From NCBI GenBank assembly GCA_905178155.1, contig CAJINV010000001.1, positions 7,485,506 through 7,549,505 on the forward strand: a stretch of 64,000 nt of DNA, written 5' to 3'. The notes beneath the pieces were generated by a model. That model did no database searches. It was given only the letters and a program-made list of their open reading frames with translations, and was not told the origin of the DNA. The first letter of the stretch is position 1. Every line of letters starts with the position of its first letter. The stretch is from Amoebophrya sp. A120. Its lineage: Eukaryota > Protista > Dinoflagellata. Below are positions 11,613-23,713 of this stretch, in pieces. The translations under genes were made by a program, and so were the position numbers.

Positions 11613-11908
11613 CTGATAGCTTTTGTCCGATTCCTGCTCAACACTTTGGACATGGTACAGACAGAGCTAAACTTCGATCCTGAAACGGTAGCTCCAAACT
11701 ACTCTTCCCGTCGCGGTTGATGTTCTAAATAAGAGACGTTTGCTGGCGGCGTTCCCGTGGACCAAGCTGAAGTGTTTATTCGGCACTTTTTTCTTTTTCC
11801 AAGCGGTCATAATTCTTTTTACCTGTGTCTTGTCGGTCTGAAACATTGATCATAATAAGTGTCTGTATCCGTGTCGTTGAGCCTTGTTATATGACTTACT
11901 TTACGATC

Positions 11909-14087
11909 ATGCAAACCTTTGGCAAGATGCCGCTGCGAATGTGTCGCTCGTGGGTGATTGTCAGTTTCGTCTTGGCTCGTTTGGTATGCGTCGCTGCGGA
12001 ACAACTAACGTTTCACGAGCCGGCTCCCGAGGCCCTGACACTGAAGATCTTTCGCATGCTTGGAGTGGTGGCTACGCCGGAGAATCCTGGTTACTTTCAA
12101 ATATCAGCGCACGTCAGTGGCGGGAGCACCTTAGCGGCGTCACTCGGCGGCCTACAGGTTTGGATTATGAACAGTCTTTTGTTTCGTGGCACGAGTTGCG
12201 CCCGCGGAATGGCGGTCAGACAACAAAGAAAATAGATGCGTTTTATTCTTGTGTATGGAGTGTGATCTGTGACTATGTACCTTTTTCTTGTCCAAAACAG
12301 GTAATAGCAGCAGAGAAGGATTGGTTTGACCACACGAGCTCGCGGGACTCTTTTTGTTGTACGCAGCAGCACATTTCCGAGGGGAAATGTTCGCAGGAGA
12401 AGGTTTTTGTTGGCGCTTCGGAGGACGGTAACGGACCGGCGTACTCCGTTCCCGTGACGACAGACGCGCACAAAATCACGAAACTGCCATTCCACCAGAG
12501 CGGCGTGTTTTACATAGGCCTGGTGCATTGCGGAGACACGGACCTTGGCCACCTGGAAATTATCGGTATCGTTTTTTACTAATGCGGAGAAACCTAAATG
12601 AGCAAGCAACACCAAGAAATGCAAAGTTATTCCGAGGCATGATTGATATTTTGCGTTGATAACGATCCACATCAAGCCCTCGGTTGTGAACAAAAAAAAA
12701 CGCAGGCAACGTACAAAGCAAGTCGTCGCACGGCTATCTGTCCGGACTGGACGTCCAGGCGATGCACTTCACGGGCGGACTCAGCATCTTCTACTGCGTG
12801 GCGCTGGCCTTCTGGATGCACCTCTGCTGCAAGTTTAAGTCGCAGCTTGTATCCGTGCACTACTGGTATGATCATGCGATTCATGCTAACTAGGATTTTT
12901 GGCAAGAGTCAAATAGCTTGGATTTTTTTTTTCGAGCTGCATGTCGAAGTCGATATTTCTCACCAGAGCATGCTTCGAATGAACTGCAAATACAAAAAAA
13001 CGTGGCTACAACGTTCCTACGAACTCACTTTCAGCTTGAGCCTGGTTCTCTGTTGCTGCTTCGTGGCTTCTATGGGGAAGTGGATGATGTATTCGTTGGG
13101 GAATCACAGTGAGCTTTCGCCGCGCAGCGCGGAGGTCTTGTCGGAAATGCTCGGCATAATCAAGTTTGGCGTCGGTTTGGTGGCCGCGGTGATGATCTCG
13201 CTCGGGTTTGGCACCGCCCACGAGAGCGTGACCGGAAAGGAGTTCACCTGGCTCATGGTTTACTGCGTCGCGTTTTGCACGTGCGCAGTCGTGCGGATTC
13301 TTCTTGGCGCCCAGGTGGCCAGCATGATCTCGACCGACCTGGAAGGTCCCTTGGAGGGAACCGGCTCCCCCTCCGCGCTTGCCGCGCTGGTGTCTCCACA
13401 CGCACTGTTGGTGCTGCCGGAAGCGCTCATTTTTGGCGCCATCGCCAACTGGGGCTACACCGCGCTCGTCTCCCTCCAGGATACGCTCGAGCAGCAGAAA
13501 CAACACGAAACATTAAGGGTACTAGAAATAATTCGTGCTCAAAAGAAGGTTCCTGCCGTTTCTTTGTAAGTAGCTGTTCTATTTTTCACATGGTTGCAGC
13601 TGCAAAATTTTTTGCTTCTTCCTCACGAAGACCGTATTGTGCGTGACGAGTAGCGCCGCTCGTGGACGATCATGCAGCTACACCACCAACATGGCAGGTC
13701 ATGTCGGGGTTCTACCGCACGATGCGCGGCGCGCTGATTTCACTGGTCGGCATTCTGTGCGTCCAGATCGGAGTGCAGAACACATTGGACGGGGCCGCGG
13801 TGTGGCCCTTCCTCTGGATCCTGGATGAGGGCGCACCAAACGTGATTTACGCGGTATGCGTCAGCTGTACGCTGCTCTCCTTCTGGCCCTCCGAGAATTT
13901 CAAAGCAAAGGCCATGTCGCAGCAAATCCAGTTCGACGACAACGAACTCGATGACATAATTGGCGCGTCCCACCCAGACGGCATCGAGATGGCAGATATG
14001 GAGGCCGGCAGTCCCGGCGGGGAAAGCGAGGGGAACAATAGCAACAGCAGTCCAAAATTGCAAAATTCCGGAAAATTCCTGGAATGA
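11909..14087 (+). CDS. GPR107/TMEM87 (lung seven-TM receptor family)-like protein; 5 exons, GT-AG introns 12158-12300, 12566-12705, 12866-13034, 13519-13697
   Basis: All four junctions are GT-AG and phase-compatible. Product has a signal-like N-terminus, luminal FCCT..GKC, HGYLSG..F...Y....W...VH first-TM motif, further TMs and a final FWPSEN followed by an acidic tail. Confidence 0.75.
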
Positions 14088-14861
14088 AACAGATAGATGA
14101 TATTTTCGGCTGAAAAACGGCGAGTTTCTCAGCCACATTATATATAGCTCGCAGTATTGTACCTGAACTGGTGCATGCCGAGGTGAAAAAAAAGGCATGC
14201 TAGACCACGAAAACTGTAACAAAATCAGAGTTTCGACCTTGTCAGGCTGGAGTGTGCCCCATGTGGACAAAAATCATCGGTACACATTCAAAAATTTTCG
14301 GTAACATTTTTTACTTCCTACGGTTTTTTGTACTTGCCTCTCTCGTGCGGACGAATGCAAATCTCACTCGGTATCTAAGACCTTCTCGTACATTTTTTTC
14401 CTCGTGCAGCAAAGAAAGTTGAAAATAACTGTGTCGTACGTATAAGCTCGGTTTTGCAATCATTGTATGTATACCATTATAATTCCACTTGACTGAAACC
14501 AGGACTCTCGCTCGCAACATTTTAAGAACCCCTTATCCGGTAGATTTGTAGCGTATCTGACAGTAGTTTCTGATTAACTCCATCGCTCCTTAGCGTGGAG
14601 ATTGATTACGTTCAGACCAGACCAAGTGGTCGATTACATCCGTCGTTTTCTATGCATTGTCGCAGTAAGTAGCTACAGTATACTAGACTTTTTGCGATTG
14701 TGAACGCTTGGTCTGCATGAATCTAGGGCAGTGCTAAAAGCGTGGGCAAACGCCTGCCGCCGCCCTCCCGCTCGGCTGCATTGGAGGTTACAAGTCAATG
14801 TGATCCCTCGCGTGGCCGTGGAAGAGGCTTTCCCGGATAGGCCGCTGCTGTCTTCGTGCCA

Positions 14862-17099
14862 ATGCAGCGACACGAATCCGTGGGATCCATGGCCGCGTCG
14901 CTGCAGATGCAACATGAGGAAACGAGCCGGACGTCTTGGATTCTCGAGGGGAGCAAACAGGAAGGCCAGGCAACCCTTTCTCGGCCCCACTCAGCGGATG
15001 CGTTGGCAGCACTCCTTTTGCAGCAACAGCCCGAGGCCGGGACAGGAGCTTCCGCAGTGTCAGAGAACGCCTTTTTAGACCATTATCATCTAGCAGCGGA
15101 GCAGCAACTGCCGCGACAGGCGAAAAAAGCACCACACTCATCGTCCATGACGCTGCTCGGGCTTCTGTCGCCGACCGTCTACAACGGGGAGCGCGAGCTG
15201 CAGCCACTGTCGCAGGATCTGTCGCCGAGCAGAATGAAGAAACAGAAGATGAAAGGGCGATTTCCGCGCTCCAAGCGAGCTCTGGCGAGCAGTCCGACAG
15301 GAAGAAGGTCACCCGCCAGTTCGCAGGGAAGCAGGTACTACAGCTTTCGCACATCATGGTGTCTGCCCTTGTAAAGCTGTTCCGTCAATAAACACAATAT
15401 CTCCTAGCTGCAACACGACAGCACGGAATGATTTCATACGTCGGTCCTCTGGAAGATGCCTAGTTGTTGTCGAATCTGAAAAAATAAAAAAATACTCACA
15501 CAGACTCTCGCCAACTGCTCGCTCGTCACCCGGCCCTTTCGACCGTGATGTGAAAACCGCCTCGCCCGTCGCCCAGCGCTCCCCCAGCCTATCCTGAGTA
15601 AAAACGTACCCACCCCAGAGTTGTCATGCAGATTTGCAAACACAGGAAGACTTGTAATGCGCATCCCCATGAGAGCCATTTCCAATCGTGTTTTGGAATT
15701 TGTGATGCTGTGAACTAGTGGTTTTAGTAGGCCTAGAAAAGGCAAAGGGACGGACTGCCCTTAGATCTCCGATGTGATGCTGTGAACAGGATGAGCAGAT
15801 GAATCTGTGACGCGGCTGCACTTGCTAACCAGGACTACACTGCGGAGTGCCATTTGTCATGCGTGACTCCCAAAACTCCTAGGTTTGTGGTGCAAAATCC
15901 CCATCCTGACTATGGGGCGGGGGCGTTTTTACACAGGATACAGCCCCGTCTACAACTACTCGTCGCAGAACCCCCAGCGAATTCTCCACCCAGCGCTGCC
16001 ACAACGACCCAACACCCACGCCAGCTCTTCGGAGAGACAGCTCTTCTCGCCCTCAAGTGCCAGCACCGTCTCGCAGCAACCACAGCCGGACGGGGCAGGT
16101 GTTTTTGTCGTCAATCCCCCGCCGGAACACATCATGAACAGTAGCAACGTAAGGTTTTTCAGTAACACCGGACCACCACCCGGTGGCGGGATAAGTCCGA
16201 CCGGCGGAAATGGTGGCGGTGGCCTCGCCACCTCATATAGTTTACTGCCAGAGCAGAAGGCTTCCTCTCCGACCTCCGCCTCCGGAACACATCAGCAACC
16301 GGTACAGCTGCTGAGCAGCAATGCGCTAGAGAACCAGCAAACTCAGGTGTTTATAGACGAGAGGTGGGTGGTGCCCCCCGCTAGCGCCTCGGTCGAGGAG
16401 ACCGCGAGCTCGGAGCATACCGCACATAGCTTGATGGTACCACCGTCCACAAAGATGAGTTCTGGATCCACCTCTTCCGGAATGAACAAACAAGGTGTAG
16501 TACAACTGGCAGGCGCCTCCACTAAGGGTGATATCCTCCGCGTGATCGGACACCGGTGCACGATTTTCGACCGGCCCAAGCGGTCCGAGATCAGGAAGTA
16601 CGCGGTGTGGAAAATGTACAGTTCGCAGGCCTCGTTTCTCCAGGGCAGCGGCGCGCACAGCAGCTCGCAGGCGCTGCTGTGGGCCCTGCACCGCGGCGGG
16701 CAAGACGAGTTTGCGCACTTTTTGGAGGACGAAAACATCGAGGGCCTGGACGCGCTGGACGAGCGGCTGCTGGAGTTGATGTATCGCGACATCACGCCGG
16801 AGGACTACGACACGCTGCTAGAGCTCGACGAGGCCAACGCCAAGAAGACGGCGGAGCGGAGCGCGCTGGACCGCCTACCCTGCGTGACGGACTTCTCAGG
16901 GTACAGTGAGGAGCAGTTGACCTGCGGCGTCTGCTACATGCGAGTGGACGAGGACCAGGAGGAGGTGGAGCGGATTTTCCAGATGCCCTGCCGCGGACGA
17001 CACATATTCCACGAGGCCTGCGTCACGAAGTGGCTACTGGAAGTCAAGGCGGCCTGCCCAACCTGCCACGAGCCGATCTGCGAGGAGGCACCTCCGTAG
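14862..17099 (+). CDS. RING-H2 E3 ubiquitin ligase-like protein; exons 14862-15334, 15504-15589, 15946-17099
   Basis: C-terminal CGVC...MPCRGRHIFHEACVTKWL...CPTC RING-H2, preceded by RDITPEDYDTLLELDE. A GT-AG intron (15335-15503) plus removal of the TIR element gives a continuous frame (GSR|LSPT...RSPS|PVYNY). Confidence 0.85.
15590..15940 (+). mobile_element. Introner / MITE-like element with 28-bp TIR and perfect 5-bp TSD CAGCC (non-canonical intron)
   Basis: Left TATCCTGAGTAAAAACGTACCCACCCCA vs reverse complement of right TATCCTGTGTAAAAACGCCCCCGCCCCA (24/28). CAGCC at 15585-89 and 15941-45. Internal TGT(C/A/G)ATGC motifs. Confidence 0.92.
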
Positions 17100-17837
17100 C
17101 TACTTACGCATGTGGAGTCGCATGAAGCGGAATATATGAATTTGTCGCATTTATTCCTGCTGTCTTGCAGAAACAATTACATAGTCGCCGACTCATATCA
17201 TATAGTCAATGTTTCTGGCAGCTCTTCGTTGCGTTTCCATGCATCCTTTTTGTCGACCGTTTAGCACCAAGTCAATTATCTCTTTCTCACGATCTGTTTC
17301 TCCTCCGTGTCAAGATCATTTGATCCGATTGTAGAATAATGGTTTTGGTTTGGCAGGATAATTTGCTGTGTACACCTACGACATTTTGGACTTTCATTTT
17401 GTACAATTCGGGACGATGAACATATTCGTTGTAAGCGTATCAAGTCGAGGACGTCGTGTGCAACGCACACGAAATTGGCTTGCGCAAGCCTTTCTGCTCT
17501 TCCAAATTAATTCCTATGTTCAGCTGGCTTCGTATTCGTTCCAATCGTTAGTCGCTTGTTTCGAGATCGCACTGCATTACCGCTGCTCGGTTTGATCGTT
17601 TGAGAATATCAGGCATAAAACATTTCGGAAACAAATCTAAGTCGCCTGGAGACTTTCGCGTCGCGTACATCGTCAGTTCGTTTGATCTATTGAAGGAGTG
17701 CGCTCACAACATTCCTCTGCCTGTCGCCCAAGGGTAATTCGGAATTCAGTTTCCGCGCGTCAGCTCGGGGGAAGTAGAACCGGTGCTATCAAAAAGATCC
17801 AGTCAGGATAGATTAAAACACATTCATACAAATAAAG

Positions 17838-19610
17838 ATGGGCCGCCTGCTGGAGCACTGGCTAGACGTCGACGCAGGTGACCTAGCCGCGTCTGCCTTG
17901 TCCTTCTGGACGAGTAAGAAGGCAAGCAACTTTGCCAGAGACACCAGCACGGACCACCTGCCACTTCGCTGCGGTGGAACATCTGTTCGCAACGGCACGG
18001 GGTGCAACAGAACACATTTCCCCGGCAGAAGGACCACGAGTTTTGCTTACAACCACGGTTTCATCAATGGTGACACGTGGACGCCGGCCAAGAGGCCGCC
18101 GATGGATGAGATGCTGGCCCTTTCCAAGAAGAAAGTCGCCACACTCCAGGACGACAGTATCACCGCGCGCCCGACCCCGGAGGAAAAGGCGCTCGAGGAA
18201 GAAGCAGCTCACGACCGCGCGCTGCTGGGCACCGCCTCGCTCCAGGACAAGTACGGACCCATTCTGAAAGCGGCAAAGCTGCAGGCGATCGCGGAGGCGG
18301 ACGGAGATGCTACCACCGCGCAAATTCCGAACATGAAGGCGAGGGTGGTGTGCAGCCACTTCCACCACGGTCACGACAGCGGCGACACCGGGGAATCGAA
18401 GATCCTGGAGGTCCGGCTGGACGACGAGGAGGAGGATGCGGAGAACCCCGCAAAAATGCCCTGGATCCCCTGCACCAGGTGGTACGGGGCAGACAACATC
18501 ATGAAACCCTCTTGCATGATCGAGATGGACGTGCGGAAGAACTCCGCGGCGCGGCCGACGGGGGAGGAGATGGCGAAGGACGACTTAGCAGTTATCGTGG
18601 ACCACAAGACGCGGTTCGTGCTGGAGAACTTTGAAAAGGTGGACGGGATCGAAAACGCGCTGAAAAACTGCCCGGAGCCGGCGGACGAGTCGCTGTTCTT
18701 CAACGCCTGCCCGCCGCCGGACCTCCAGCTCGCCTGCAACTGCAGTAAGAGCGGGCACGAGCAGGTGTGGGCGAAGTGCGCGAACCCGATGACGAAGTGG
18801 GTGAAGTGCGACGTGGGGGGAGTGACGCGCATGGAGCTCGGGCCCGACGAGGACACGCAGCCCGGGTCGGTCACGTGCACCGTGCACGGGCGGGTGGTTA
18901 CCATGCCCTACCTGAAGGGCCCCATGTCGACCCTCGCCCCCTTCTACGACTACTGCAAGGACGAGTGCGGCCCCGTCGGCCGGGAGAAGCACGCGGTGAT
19001 CGACGGACCGGACATCGATTGGGAAGTACGCAAGGCGGTCGCGAGTTGCCCGGCGAAGAAACTGTCCCTGAAGTGCAAGTGCTCGGGGAAGAAGTTCGCG
19101 TCAGAAGCGAACAACGTCGGGATGCAGCAAATGTACGAAGCCACCTGCGGCGAACTGCCCTCGGCGCTGGAGTGCACGGATCACAAAATGGTGAACAATT
19201 TGCACACCTGCAAGGTGTTCGTCAACCGCGTGAATCTGCGGGGCCCCTTGAACAACCTGCCGAACTACCGCCCGGTCGTCACCGCGGAGGCGGACACGGA
19301 GGAATGTGACAGCGTTTGCCCGTCGCCGGACCAACTCGGGGTGAAAACCCAGAAGGAAGCGGAGCAGGTGCGGAAGGGCCTCGACCCGGACACGGGGGAC
19401 GTGGTGAACGCCGAGAAAAAAGAAGCGGAGATGAAGGAAGACGCCCAGAAGGAACAGGAACTGGACAAGGACCTGGACGAAAAGGGGGTCGCAGAAATGA
19501 ACCAGGCGCGGGAAAAGTTGAGCGGGCCGACAAAGGATTTGAGCGGAAAGGGGGACGAAGACCTGGCGGACGACGACGACGCGTTGCCGCCCGACGTGGC
19601 GGAGGCATGA
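17838..19610 (+). CDS. Cysteine-rich protein with an internally repeated Cys module and acidic tail, function unknown
   Basis: 590-aa ORF with strong GC3 bias from ~18100. Repeated CPxxxLxLxCxCS...L(K/R)GP. True start uncertain (17838 or ~18102). Confidence 0.75.
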   Translation: MGRLLEHWLDVDAGDLAASALSFWTSKKASNFARDTSTDHLPLRCGGTSVRNGTGCNRTHFPGRRTTSFAYNHGFINGDTWTPAKRPPMDEMLALSKKKVATLQDDSITARPTPEEKALEEEAAHDRALLGTASLQDKYGPILKAAKLQAIAEADGDATTAQIPNMKARVVCSHFHHGHDSGDTGESKILEVRLDDEEEDAENPAKMPWIPCTRWYGADNIMKPSCMIEMDVRKNSAARPTGEEMAKDDLAVIVDHKTRFVLENFEKVDGIENALKNCPEPADESLFFNACPPPDLQLACNCSKSGHEQVWAKCANPMTKWVKCDVGGVTRMELGPDEDTQPGSVTCTVHGRVVTMPYLKGPMSTLAPFYDYCKDECGPVGREKHAVIDGPDIDWEVRKAVASCPAKKLSLKCKCSGKKFASEANNVGMQQMYEATCGELPSALECTDHKMVNNLHTCKVFVNRVNLRGPLNNLPNYRPVVTAEADTEECDSVCPSPDQLGVKTQKEAEQVRKGLDPDTGDVVNAEKKEAEMKEDAQKEQELDKDLDEKGVAEMNQAREKLSGPTKDLSGKGDEDLADDDDALPPDVAEA

Positions 19611-20212
19611 GATCGTAGCAACCGCTTGATGCGCGGGGAGTGGTCAAAACAAAAATCTGGATGATGGAAAGATGAAATTCTGCAAAAGAACAAGAACAGC
19701 AACAAGCCTCCGGGTTTTTTTCAAAATGCTTTATATTCATATACCTTGAGAGTTGATGCTACGCGCCATATCAGAAGAAAAGTTTCAAAAAATAAAAATC
19801 CCTTTCAGACTTCGCGCTGGAGTCAGTTCGTTTCGGTTTCTTTTTTTTTGGGTTTCTGGAGCACCTGTTGACGCATGTCGAAATCTGCAAATCAAGTTAT
19901 GTCATGATATACCTTGATGCTTCGGCATTTCTTGTTTCTTTATTTTATTCCTTCGGATTTTTTTCGCCATTCCGTGTTGAAAATTAGCAGTCGTGCTTTG
20001 CAAATTTTGAACATAAAGGAGTTGATTTTCAAAAACAGGCACAAAAAGGAAAGATTGAGTCGATCACGACAAAAGTTTTAGTTGCCCAATGGCCAACCCT
20101 AATTCTACGTAGGCAGAAATATGAACATGTGAGCCAAGTAGTTTTTTTTCATTGTAAGTAGCGACGTAACGTGTTGTTTCCTGTAAATACAACGCTCAGC
20201 ATCTCCTCGACA

Positions 20213-23140
20213 ATGACACGACTTTTCGTTTTTGTGGCTTGCTCTTTTTCTGTTTCTGGCAAGATAGCGATTCCTAGTCCTGTGGCACCAATTCATGACC
20301 GTTTTCCCGACAAAAGCGTATCCAGTTCTCACGCGACGGGCCATGTGGCACAAACGGCGCAAGCCCACAACGAAACCGGCACCAGTTTCGCAACCAGCAG
20401 CAAGGATGCACCGGTTTCGCTCTTTCGACTGCCGAAAAGTGCTGGCAACGAACCGCTGCAGCAGACGGGTACTAGCGGCCACGAGGACCGGTCAGGCTTG
20501 CAACTGGACCCGGCCGCACTTGCGGAACTGCAAACACTGCCCTGGCCCTTCTACGCCGCGGCTGCGATCGGGCCGGCGCGCGTCGGCAAGAGTTTTTGGC
20601 TGGGGCAGATCGCGAGGTTGTTGAACCGGAACGTCACGAAGCTTTTCGAGGTTTCGGATACTAGCGAGAGCTGCACCAGCGGAGCTTGGTTCCTCTCCGT
20701 AGATTTGGCGAAGGCCGACAAACACATTCTGCGCAAAAATGCGGCGCTCGAGAACTTCTACGCGAAGTCGCAAAAATCCCACAGAAATCAAGGAGCAGGA
20801 CCACCGCAGCGCGGCACGCTGCTCCTCTTCGACCTGCAAGGTAGCGACAAGGGCAGTGCCGCCGACCTGCAGGCCACCGACTACCTGTCCGCATTTGTCG
20901 CGTTGTTCGCCAGTCGCTCGCTTTTCTTTTTTGAAAAGCACGTGGAATTTTCGAAGGCGGCCTTCTACGAGCGGATCGCGTACGCCGGGAAAGTCTTGAA
21001 GAACAACCCGAATTTTGTACCAGCGGTTTCTTTCGTGGTTCGGAGACCGATGAAGCTACCAAAGAAGTACGCGACGCGGGAACAGGAGCTGGCAGATGTT
21101 TTAAACATCCAAACAGACAGGGTAATAAACGACGCGGAGCACGACCACAAGCACAACTACGAGGATTATTTTCGCGTTTTCGAGCTGCCGGAGCTGGACG
21201 TAGAGGACAGTAGTGTTTCCGAGACCTGGGCGGAGAAACTGCTGCAAGACGCCGTTCTCGGGCTCGATGGCAAAGACACAAATTACGGCTCGACGCTGCC
21301 ATCCCTGCAGACCAGCGACGGGACGGTACTAGATGCCGCGGGCCTGATCGCATTGATGGAGGAGATCGCGTCCTGGCTGCGGACCAGCAATGCCGACCAG
21401 TTTTTCCAGGTGCAAGATTCCGTCCGCGAAAAGGTTTGTCGGAGCCGCATGCAGGATCTCGTGCGACGGGTCTTCTTGGCGAAGAAGGCAAAGAGTACTG
21501 CCAGCGAGAAGGATGAACAATCTGCGATCAATGTGGAAGAACTGTACGAGGACGTCGCAGCGCAGTTCGACGCTGAAACGGTGGCGTGGTTTTTTCGAGA
21601 AACTACCACTGGACAGTACGAGATCAACCTGAAGACCGATTCACTAAACCGAGTGGAAGAACTCCATAGCAGTCCCATTTCTTTGTTTCTGGTCCAAAAC
21701 GGGGGACTGCGCAGAACATTTTTCGACTGGTGTACGGACAAAGCAGTGCGCACGAAGGCACTTACCTTTCTTCGAGACCACTTGGCGAAAGTGCACGAGC
21801 AGAGGCGGGGATTTTTCAACCGCTTCAAATCGTTCCTCGCACTCTTCGTGTGGACGGGGCCGATCAGAGCAGTGGAAGGGTGTGTGGAGTCCTTTTCCCG
21901 CATTCTCGAGTTGCTGTTTCACCGAAGAACACTGCTGGTTCTGGCTGCGATCTTCGTTGTTGCCGTTGGTGCTGTGTTCCTTCCAAGGGTGGGCGCCGGG
22001 ACGACCACCAGCGCTGTTTCGTTCAAGCAAACGCTGCTCGCTACCGCATTCCGGATTCTGACGACACTGCTCACCGTCACCTCTCGGCTTCTGTTCGCCA
22101 TCTTCCCTTGTTTTTTCCTGGGAAACAAGCACTTCAGGAAGTATTGGGATCCGGTCGTGGATGCGAGCAAAGAGCTGCTACAAAGAGTCTTCGAATACGC
22201 TTGCGAATGGGCAATGAACGAACGTGGAGCTGTGTCATCCTCTCACCCATCGCTATCCTCCATCGACGCCAGCGTATTGGCAGCGAGCGGGAGTAACCTT
22301 CCGACCTTCGCAGCGTCAACAGACCACCCGGAAGGGGAGAAAACAGCTTCTGCCGGATCTACTACTGTTTACGGATCGTTCTCCTCTACTAGCAGCACGT
22401 ACTGTTCCTACGCCGGTTTTTTTGTCGTGGAGTTTTTCGGGCGCAACATCGACTACCTCTTGTACGGACTTTTCCTCGCGATTTTGTGGTACGCGGTGCC
22501 GCTGCTCACGCAGGCGTTTCTTCGGGGGATTCTCAACTTTCTCGTTTATCACGTTTTCGGCCAGAGCAGTTTCGACAGTGAGATGATGTTGAGCGACGAG
22601 GAAGTAGAAGAAGAGTTTCTTGCACAAGACGACTCGAGCCCCACCAGCAGCTATTCACCGAAGTCTCCGGAGCAGAAAACTACCTCGCTTTACCGTGCCT
22701 CGCGCGCGCCCTCCTTGTTTCACTATTTGAAGCACAACTTTCTCTCCTCTGCTGCGCTCAAACGGATCATTTACGAGAAGTGGCTGCAGTACGAAAAGCG
22801 GCCCCAGTTGGTGAATCGGAGAGCCGTGTGGGATTTGAATGCGGAGCAGCATCGGAGCTTCACCGAACAGCAAATCGAGTTACTGACGCAGTCTCCGGAG
22901 TACAAGTGGCGGTGCGGCGTGTTGAAGCAGTCACAGGAGGTGCCAAAAAACTGGGAGTGGAAGGCGCACTACCTGAAGTTCGCGGACAAGAGCGCACCGA
23001 TCAAGCGGGTGTCGCGGTCGAAGCAGCCGGAGGACGCGGTGGCCGGGGAAGTCCTGCAAATGTACAATTTAGTCAACGCCGCAACGACGAAAAGCAAATC
23101 AACGCCGAAAAAAAGAAGCAGATCGCCAAGGTTATTGTAG
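20213..23140 (+). CDS. Guanylate-binding protein/atlastin-like large GTPase with several TM segments
   Basis: G1 AIGPARVGKS (GBP-type GxxRxGKS), G2 FEVSDTSESCTSGAW, G3 LLLFDLQG. Three to four hydrophobic segments in the C-terminal half. Hydrophobic N-terminus. Confidence 0.75.
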   Translation: MTRLFVFVACSFSVSGKIAIPSPVAPIHDRFPDKSVSSSHATGHVAQTAQAHNETGTSFATSSKDAPVSLFRLPKSAGNEPLQQTGTSGHEDRSGLQLDPAALAELQTLPWPFYAAAAIGPARVGKSFWLGQIARLLNRNVTKLFEVSDTSESCTSGAWFLSVDLAKADKHILRKNAALENFYAKSQKSHRNQGAGPPQRGTLLLFDLQGSDKGSAADLQATDYLSAFVALFASRSLFFFEKHVEFSKAAFYERIAYAGKVLKNNPNFVPAVSFVVRRPMKLPKKYATREQELADVLNIQTDRVINDAEHDHKHNYEDYFRVFELPELDVEDSSVSETWAEKLLQDAVLGLDGKDTNYGSTLPSLQTSDGTVLDAAGLIALMEEIASWLRTSNADQFFQVQDSVREKVCRSRMQDLVRRVFLAKKAKSTASEKDEQSAINVEELYEDVAAQFDAETVAWFFRETTTGQYEINLKTDSLNRVEELHSSPISLFLVQNGGLRRTFFDWCTDKAVRTKALTFLRDHLAKVHEQRRGFFNRFKSFLALFVWTGPIRAVEGCVESFSRILELLFHRRTLLVLAAIFVVAVGAVFLPRVGAGTTTSAVSFKQTLLATAFRILTTLLTVTSRLLFAIFPCFFLGNKHFRKYWDPVVDASKELLQRVFEYACEWAMNERGAVSSSHPSLSSIDASVLAASGSNLPTFAASTDHPEGEKTASAGSTTVYGSFSSTSSTYCSYAGFFVVEFFGRNIDYLLYGLFLAILWYAVPLLTQAFLRGILNFLVYHVFGQSSFDSEMMLSDEEVEEEFLAQDDSSPTSSYSPKSPEQKTTSLYRASRAPSLFHYLKHNFLSSAALKRIIYEKWLQYEKRPQLVNRRAVWDLNAEQHRSFTEQQIELLTQSPEYKWRCGVLKQSQEVPKNWEWKAHYLKFADKSAPIKRVSRSKQPEDAVAGEVLQMYNLVNAATTKSKSTPKKRSRSPRLL

Positions 23141-23713
23141 ACAGATGTTATCACAGTTGCATGTATCCATAGTTTTTTTGACACTTGAAATCCAATGAAA
23201 ATGACAACACATTTAGTTTTGAAAAGTTTCGCCAGCAGTTTTTTTATTCCATAATGTTTTCGCATAGCTTTATCACGAACATCAAGTGCATGGGACGAGA
23301 TTGAAAATGAGTGCGGGTACTTAACCAAGTATTTCTTTGAATGTGTACAATAGCAGTTCGATGAATAGATAATGACGAACGCTTGCGATCCTTGTTACTT
23401 TTTTTGATTCGAATTCCCTCGAGAAGGAGAATTATACAAAAACTGAATCGATTGAGCGCCAGTGCCGTTGTAATCGAAACTGGAAACACCGTCGTTGTGA
23501 TGACGAAGCAAGTTGGATGGCGAGGTGACGATTTGATTTCGATCGGGAGTGCGTCCTCGAGAGCAGTTTCGTTTACGTTAAAGAGAGAGCGGGAGTGAAA
23601 TCATATGAGCACGCTCCTGCATTGTTTAAGTAGTGTACCAGCTCCGGAAAAGTGCAACCTAGATTCGCTGCTTCGCCCTGTCAACAGTGAGCTAAGGGAC
23701 AGTTCACTATGGT

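Noticed and set aside
14936-15391. Alternative-frame ORF as exon 1 of the RING gene
   Set aside because: Only the 14856/14862 frame stays in phase through 15335-15503 and the 15590 element to the RING domain.
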